The notes below the pieces were generated by a model. That model was not told the origin of the DNA. It saw only the letters and a list, made by a program, of their open reading frames with translations, and ran no database searches. Source: a virus. From it: a DNA stretch of 64,000 nt. Positions 59,684 to 64,000 of this stretch are shown piece by piece. The stretch covers positions 64,001-128,000 of the IMG/VR virus record IMGVR_UViG_3300026488_000013. One strand, written 5' to 3'. The translations under genes and the position numbers were made by a program. The first letter of the stretch is position 1; each line of letters opens with the position of its first letter.

Positions 59684-59902
59684 TTTTTTTCTTATATTCT
59701 ATGTTAATGACACAGAGGAATTTCTTAATATTAAATGAATATATAAAAGTTGAAATGATTTATGAATTGAATTCGACATTTGTAAAAACAAAAATATAAA
59801 TAATGACTTAAAAAATTATAGAAAAATAGAAAAGAAAACTAATATAGAGATTTTATAGGGAAATCTGCGGGCTAAAACCCCGTATCTATGATGTGGAGCA
59901 GT

Positions 59903-60613
59903 TCACATTTTATACTTTAAATTTCTTATTGCATCGATTAATTCTATTACAAAACTCAAATTTCTATAGTATGGAACCTCTAGGATTTTATCTAATTCGC
60001 CATCTTTAATATCATATCCAAATATTTTATTTATTGCTCTTTTTATTATATATTTGGCTATATTGCTGCTTGTTATATCATCCTCATACTCGAATTCATA
60101 TATTATATCTTTATAATTTTCAATTTCATTTACTAGAATATCTTTCAAAATCTCTATAATTCTGTTATAAAATCTTTCATCTATAATTCTCTTCATCAAT
60201 GATTTTATTTTGAAAATTCCCTCGGTATGAGGGGATAATAATATTTTTGTAATATTTGTAGGAATATTTCCGAATTTTCTGTTAAAATACTCTTCAATCA
60301 AATACTCGAACTCTTTTCTAAGATACTCATTTTCAACCCAATTTATGTATTTGAGTTCCACTATAAGCTCCATTATATCTTTTCCATTTTTATCTTCTAT
60401 AATTTCTTTATCAGATATGATATAAATGTTAAAGTCATTGACTATTGGTGTGTCCTTTTCTATATTTATTATTGGCTCTAAATATATAGCATATATCTTT
60501 GTATTATTATCTGTTTTATATTTTTTATCTATTTTTGTCACGATTTTGACGGTTCTAGCCATCATAACCGATATATTTCCGTAGAAATATGAAAAAAAAT
60601 TAATATAAAGCAT
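59903..60613 (-). CDS. Hypothetical protein (start probably ~60564)
   Basis: ORF with no polymerase motif C. Confidence 0.55.
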   Translation of the reverse strand: MLYINFFSYFYGNISVMMARTVKIVTKIDKKYKTDNNTKIYAIYLEPIINIEKDTPIVNDFNIYIISDKEIIEDKNGKDIMELIVELKYINWVENEYLRKEFEYLIEEYFNRKFGNIPTNITKILLSPHTEGIFKIKSLMKRIIDERFYNRIIEILKDILVNEIENYKDIIYEFEYEDDITSSNIAKYIIKRAINKIFGYDIKDGELDKILEVPYYRNLSFVIELIDAIRNLKYKM

Positions 60614-61760
60614 TTATTCTCTTCTCCAGGTTTTTGTTTAAATATTTCTGAACACCGGCCTGGGCGAATTTAATCATGAATTTTGAATTCATTGTTATTG
60701 GACTTCCTATATTTTTATCGTTTAGGATAAATGTAGGAACAATATTTACACCATATGATACCGCATTAAGTTGAGGTTTTACAACCTTTCCTTGTAGTTT
60801 ATCATAATATGAATATTTGAAGTTATCCCCTTTCTCATACCAATATGCGGAGGTTTTCTTTAGTTGTTTCCGCAAACTCATATAATCATCTATAAATCCA
60901 ACCATTATACCTACTTGGTTGTCGTGTTTTTCAAATAGTGCCCCACTAAATGTTAGAACATATTTTTTCAAATATTTCTCTATAAATTCATCGATAGTTA
61001 TTTCCCTGATTTTAATCTTATTACTGGTCGGATTATCAACTACTATTACTCTAAACTTTTCCCATTCTTTATCACTTTTTATACCTAAATATAGTTTTAG
61101 GTATTCTTTATATTTTCTAATATTACCCTTCGCTACAATCCAAAAGTATATCAATTTATTTGTTTCATCATCCTTATATGACAAAAGATGTGTATAGTTT
61201 TCTAGAAATGGTATTAATCTGGTTTTTAATACAATGTAATCCTCACCGTTCATTATTCCATCTAAAGTATATTCGGCAAAAACATACATGAGTTCATCCA
61301 ATATTTTTAAAGTGAATTTTAGATTGTTTTCTATAATCTCTTTTTTCTTGTTTGGCTTATACCATTCTACAAACGATAAAATTAGTCGATTAAATGATTC
61401 TTTAAACGAATTTTTAAGATTTAAAATCTTAGATTTTAAGACCGTTTTCTTCTTAGGTTTATCTGTGTTGACAAATTCTTGCACATATTTAGAGAACTTC
61501 CTTAATGCATCGATAAGCTTATACGTTTGGGGAGGATATACTCTGGCCCGAAGAGTAGTGAAGTCTATATTAAACATTTTTACTGTAGAAGGATACATGG
61601 ATGTGTTGTGAACAAGAATATAATAATCAGATTTTGGGTCTTTGGCAAAAAATCTTTCAGTATCTTCTACAGAAATATCATATACATAATCATCCTCAAT
61701 TTCTATAATTTCTATGCTTTCAATTTCGTCAATAAACCAAACTCTTCTTCTTTCTATCAT
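60600..61760 (-). CDS. Family B DNA polymerase middle fragment (motifs A-B) with N-terminal split-intein C-fragment
   Basis: HN|TSMYPS..FNI (motif A remainder), SGALF, motif B KPQLNAVSYG; no DTDS; RBS AGGGG. Confidence 0.88.
   Translation of the reverse strand: MIERRRVWFIDEIESIEIIEIEDDYVYDISVEDTERFFAKDPKSDYYILVHNTSMYPSTVKMFNIDFTTLRARVYPPQTYKLIDALRKFSKYVQEFVNTDKPKKKTVLKSKILNLKNSFKESFNRLILSFVEWYKPNKKKEIIENNLKFTLKILDELMYVFAEYTLDGIMNGEDYIVLKTRLIPFLENYTHLLSYKDDETNKLIYFWIVAKGNIRKYKEYLKLYLGIKSDKEWEKFRVIVVDNPTSNKIKIREITIDEFIEKYLKKYVLTFSGALFEKHDNQVGIMVGFIDDYMSLRKQLKKTSAYWYEKGDNFKYSYYDKLQGKVVKPQLNAVSYGVNIVPTFILNDKNIGSPITMNSKFMIKFAQAGVQKYLNKNLEKRINALY
61605..61760 (-). mobile_element. Split intein C-fragment (52 aa, His-Asn end, Thr at +1)
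   Basis: IESIEII...VYDISVEDTERFFA...ILVHN|T: blocks F and G. Confidence 0.92.
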
Positions 61761-61800
61761 TTGTGCCCCCTTTCTCTTTTTTTTAAAAAATGGAAATTAT

Positions 61801-62421
61801 CTATACATTAAAGCCCGGTATTTTTATTCCGAAATCATCTATTAATATATCTAATCCGCTCCATTCGTAGAAATCATAAACATTATGTCTTTTCGGAGGT
61901 GGCTGTTTATGAATTATATAAAGTGCTGCGTCAGTCATAAGACCTGCAGCATTATTTGCAATATTTATTAATTCATCCTGAACCGTTGTTGATGTTAAAA
62001 ATGACATTAAATTATCATATGCGATGTTACCAACCAACTTGTCGTTTTGCTCATCTACCTGGAAGCAATTATCCAAATCACAGTCAACATATTTTGTATA
62101 AAATGATATTTTTTTTATTACTGCGCAAGTCTCGGTAGGGGGTAAAAATAATTTATCTCTAAAATACGGCATTGTTTCGAACATATTATGGACGAATTGA
62201 CTGTAGTAACCAAACAGTGTAGTAAATATTCTTTGTTTAAAAACAGATGCTTCTATAAATTTATAAGAATTATAAGCAGATAAAATGTTGTTTATTAATG
62301 AGTCTAAATCCTTTTGGTATTTGGGAGCTATTTTCATCCAATAATTTCTAAGTTCGGGTATGAACTTATTTTTAAAATTTCTAAGCAAGTGAATATCTTT
62401 AATATTTATATCACAAGCCAT
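61801..62421 (-). CDS. Hypothetical protein (206 aa)
   Basis: ORF with GAGG RBS; no intein block A at its C-terminus. Confidence 0.55.
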   Translation of the reverse strand: MACDINIKDIHLLRNFKNKFIPELRNYWMKIAPKYQKDLDSLINNILSAYNSYKFIEASVFKQRIFTTLFGYYSQFVHNMFETMPYFRDKLFLPPTETCAVIKKISFYTKYVDCDLDNCFQVDEQNDKLVGNIAYDNLMSFLTSTTVQDELINIANNAAGLMTDAALYIIHKQPPPKRHNVYDFYEWSGLDILIDDFGIKIPGFNV

Positions 62422-62533
62422 TTATAAAACCTCACGAAAAAAAATGTCGCCGGATGCTCATTATTTTAGTGATAGGGCGGTTGACTGATTTAAAATGAAA
62501 AAAATATTAAAATTAAAGTTAAGAGATAATTTA

Positions 62534-63565
62534 TTATTCTATGTAAAAATCTATCATCATTCTTCTTATTTTATCTTCTATATCTGCCGGTAATTTATTC
62601 AAATAGTCGTGTATTCTATAATCCAACATTAATACCATTTTCTCGAGTTCTTTAGTATTATTTGTTTTAGCTATTTCTATGAGTTTGTTTATAATATCAT
62701 CGCTATCTAATTCGATATATTTCTCCAATTCCTCGATATTATCTATTGTTTCTTTTTTACATTCATTTATTTGCTCATTTACATTATCCTCACATTTGGT
62801 TATTTCTTCTTTTAAATTATCCAACTGTTTTATTATCTTATCAAACGGATACTCGATATATTCTAAATCATGTTTCATATATTCCACTTCTTTTCTTCTT
62901 ATCATCGCATTTATATATTTTTTAATCAATCTGCTTATGTTGGCGTCTATTTTTATAATACTTTTCAATTTGAACACATATGTATTTCTATATTTCGAGA
63001 TTTCTTTATCGGGTATTTCTAATTTCTTGTATACAGTATAATATTTGGTCGAATATACTCCCGATGGACCGTATACGGGGTCGTTCACCTCATATTCCAA
63101 TATATGTTTGGTTTTTGTCTCTTTTGTATATCCAACATATTTATCATCAATATGGAAGAGTATAAAATACCCTTGGTTTTTATTTCCTATTATTATTTCA
63201 AATATTGCAATGTCTTTTATATCCTTATTCTTAATTTCATTATATATATCTTTCAAAGCTTCTATAGGTAGGCAATCTATATATCTTAAATATTCATCTA
63301 AATGGATTCTCCAGTCCCATTCATATATTTGTTCTAATATTTCATTTTCAAAATCTTCTATTTCTTTTATCTCATGTTCGAAATATTTAATAATTTTTTT
63401 TATATTCTTTTTATCATTTTCGTGTTTTTCTTTTAATTGTTCTATTTCTTTCTTTATATGTTTAATTTTATCCACCAATTTATCTATATCGCCAGAAATA
63501 TACAATTCTTCTATCGTATTTTTTATAACTTCTAATTCCCTAAGAATTAGTTCTTTTTCCATCAT
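62534..63565 (-). CDS. Hypothetical coiled-coil protein (343 aa)
   Basis: E/K/I-rich helices flanking a beta-rich core. Confidence 0.55.
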   Translation of the reverse strand: MMEKELILRELEVIKNTIEELYISGDIDKLVDKIKHIKKEIEQLKEKHENDKKNIKKIIKYFEHEIKEIEDFENEILEQIYEWDWRIHLDEYLRYIDCLPIEALKDIYNEIKNKDIKDIAIFEIIIGNKNQGYFILFHIDDKYVGYTKETKTKHILEYEVNDPVYGPSGVYSTKYYTVYKKLEIPDKEISKYRNTYVFKLKSIIKIDANISRLIKKYINAMIRRKEVEYMKHDLEYIEYPFDKIIKQLDNLKEEITKCEDNVNEQINECKKETIDNIEELEKYIELDSDDIINKLIEIAKTNNTKELEKMVLMLDYRIHDYLNKLPADIEDKIRRMMIDFYIE

Positions 63566-63636
63566 AGTGCGTTAATATCTATACAAACTAAAAAAGATAA
63601 AAAAACATATACGAAAAACAAAAACACGGAAAAAAC

Positions 63637-63963
63637 TTATTTTTTCTCCATTAACAATTCTATATTATCTATTCGCCTAAATATTATTCTAAGATTTTTA
63701 TCTATCACGAAATCTCTAATTTTATATCTTCTTTTAATATCCTTTAATACAACTTCGGGCGGGAGTTTTTTGGTATAAAGTGTGCTCTTTATTCTATATC
63801 CGCCCCACACTATGTCATTATCGTATGATTCAACTATGAATCTCCCATATGCAAATTTTTTATTTATTTTTTCAAAATCTTTATCTGACAGTCCTAATTC
63901 TTCTTTTAACGCCTTTTCTATTTCAGGGATAATATCTTTTAGTCTATATTTCGGTATAAACAC
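63637..63963 (-). CDS. Hypothetical protein (108 aa)
   Basis: ORF with typical codon bias. Confidence 0.5.
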   Translation of the reverse strand: MFIPKYRLKDIIPEIEKALKEELGLSDKDFEKINKKFAYGRFIVESYDNDIVWGGYRIKSTLYTKKLPPEVVLKDIKRRYKIRDFVIDKNLRIIFRRIDNIELLMEKK

Positions 63964-64000
63964 ATTTGTTTTAATATATATTGTGTTTTCTTTTGGTATG

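Noticed and set aside
59866-59884. Hairpin TGCGGG-CTAAAAC-CCCGTA between convergent genes as a terminator
   Set aside because: Short stem with a G-U pair and no clear U-tract; too weak to call.
59903-60613. Continuation of PolB (motif C) in the overlapping downstream ORF
   Set aside because: No DTDS or KKRY-like motif.
1-64000. Stop-codon reassignment; tRNA or rRNA genes
   Set aside because: Genes are full length and densely packed under the standard code with TAA, TAG and TGA all used as stops; no cloverleaf or rRNA-like segment was seen in the intergenic gaps.

Overview
A 64-kb slice of a very AT-rich (roughly 25% GC by eye) jumbo myophage genome, with structural and replication genes interleaved and most genes on the minus strand. 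Virion genes: gp5/VgrG-like spike (runs off the left edge), tail tube, tail sheath, baseplate genes, major capsid protein, T4 gp21-like prohead protease, portal, LamG tail fibres with chaperones, and a spanin/holin-like trio that implies a diderm host. Replication and transcription genes: C-terminal halves of bacterial-type RNA polymerase beta and beta', a middle fragment of a family B DNA polymerase, DnaB, a SNF2 helicase, a Campylobacter-type dimeric dUTPase, RNR beta, a Cas4-like nuclease, a metallophosphoesterase and an AEP/Rep-like protein. The host is probably a thermophilic Campylobacterota or Aquificota-like bacterium (inference). Most notable: (1) the beta' and PolB genes each begin with an orphan C-terminal split-intein half placed at a catalytic motif; the beta' intein is atypically split and ends in Gln-Asp. 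(2) A gap-free 119-bp non-coding element occurs four times in the same orientation, with a related ~50-bp satellite module and a flanking A-tract zone. (3) An IS200/IS605-type right end / omegaRNA-like scaffold follows an ImmA/IrrE metallopeptidase gene instead of tnpB, inside the tail-fibre cluster. (4) GATC appears to be avoided and CCGC/GCGG enriched. All calls come from motif reading; no searches were run.
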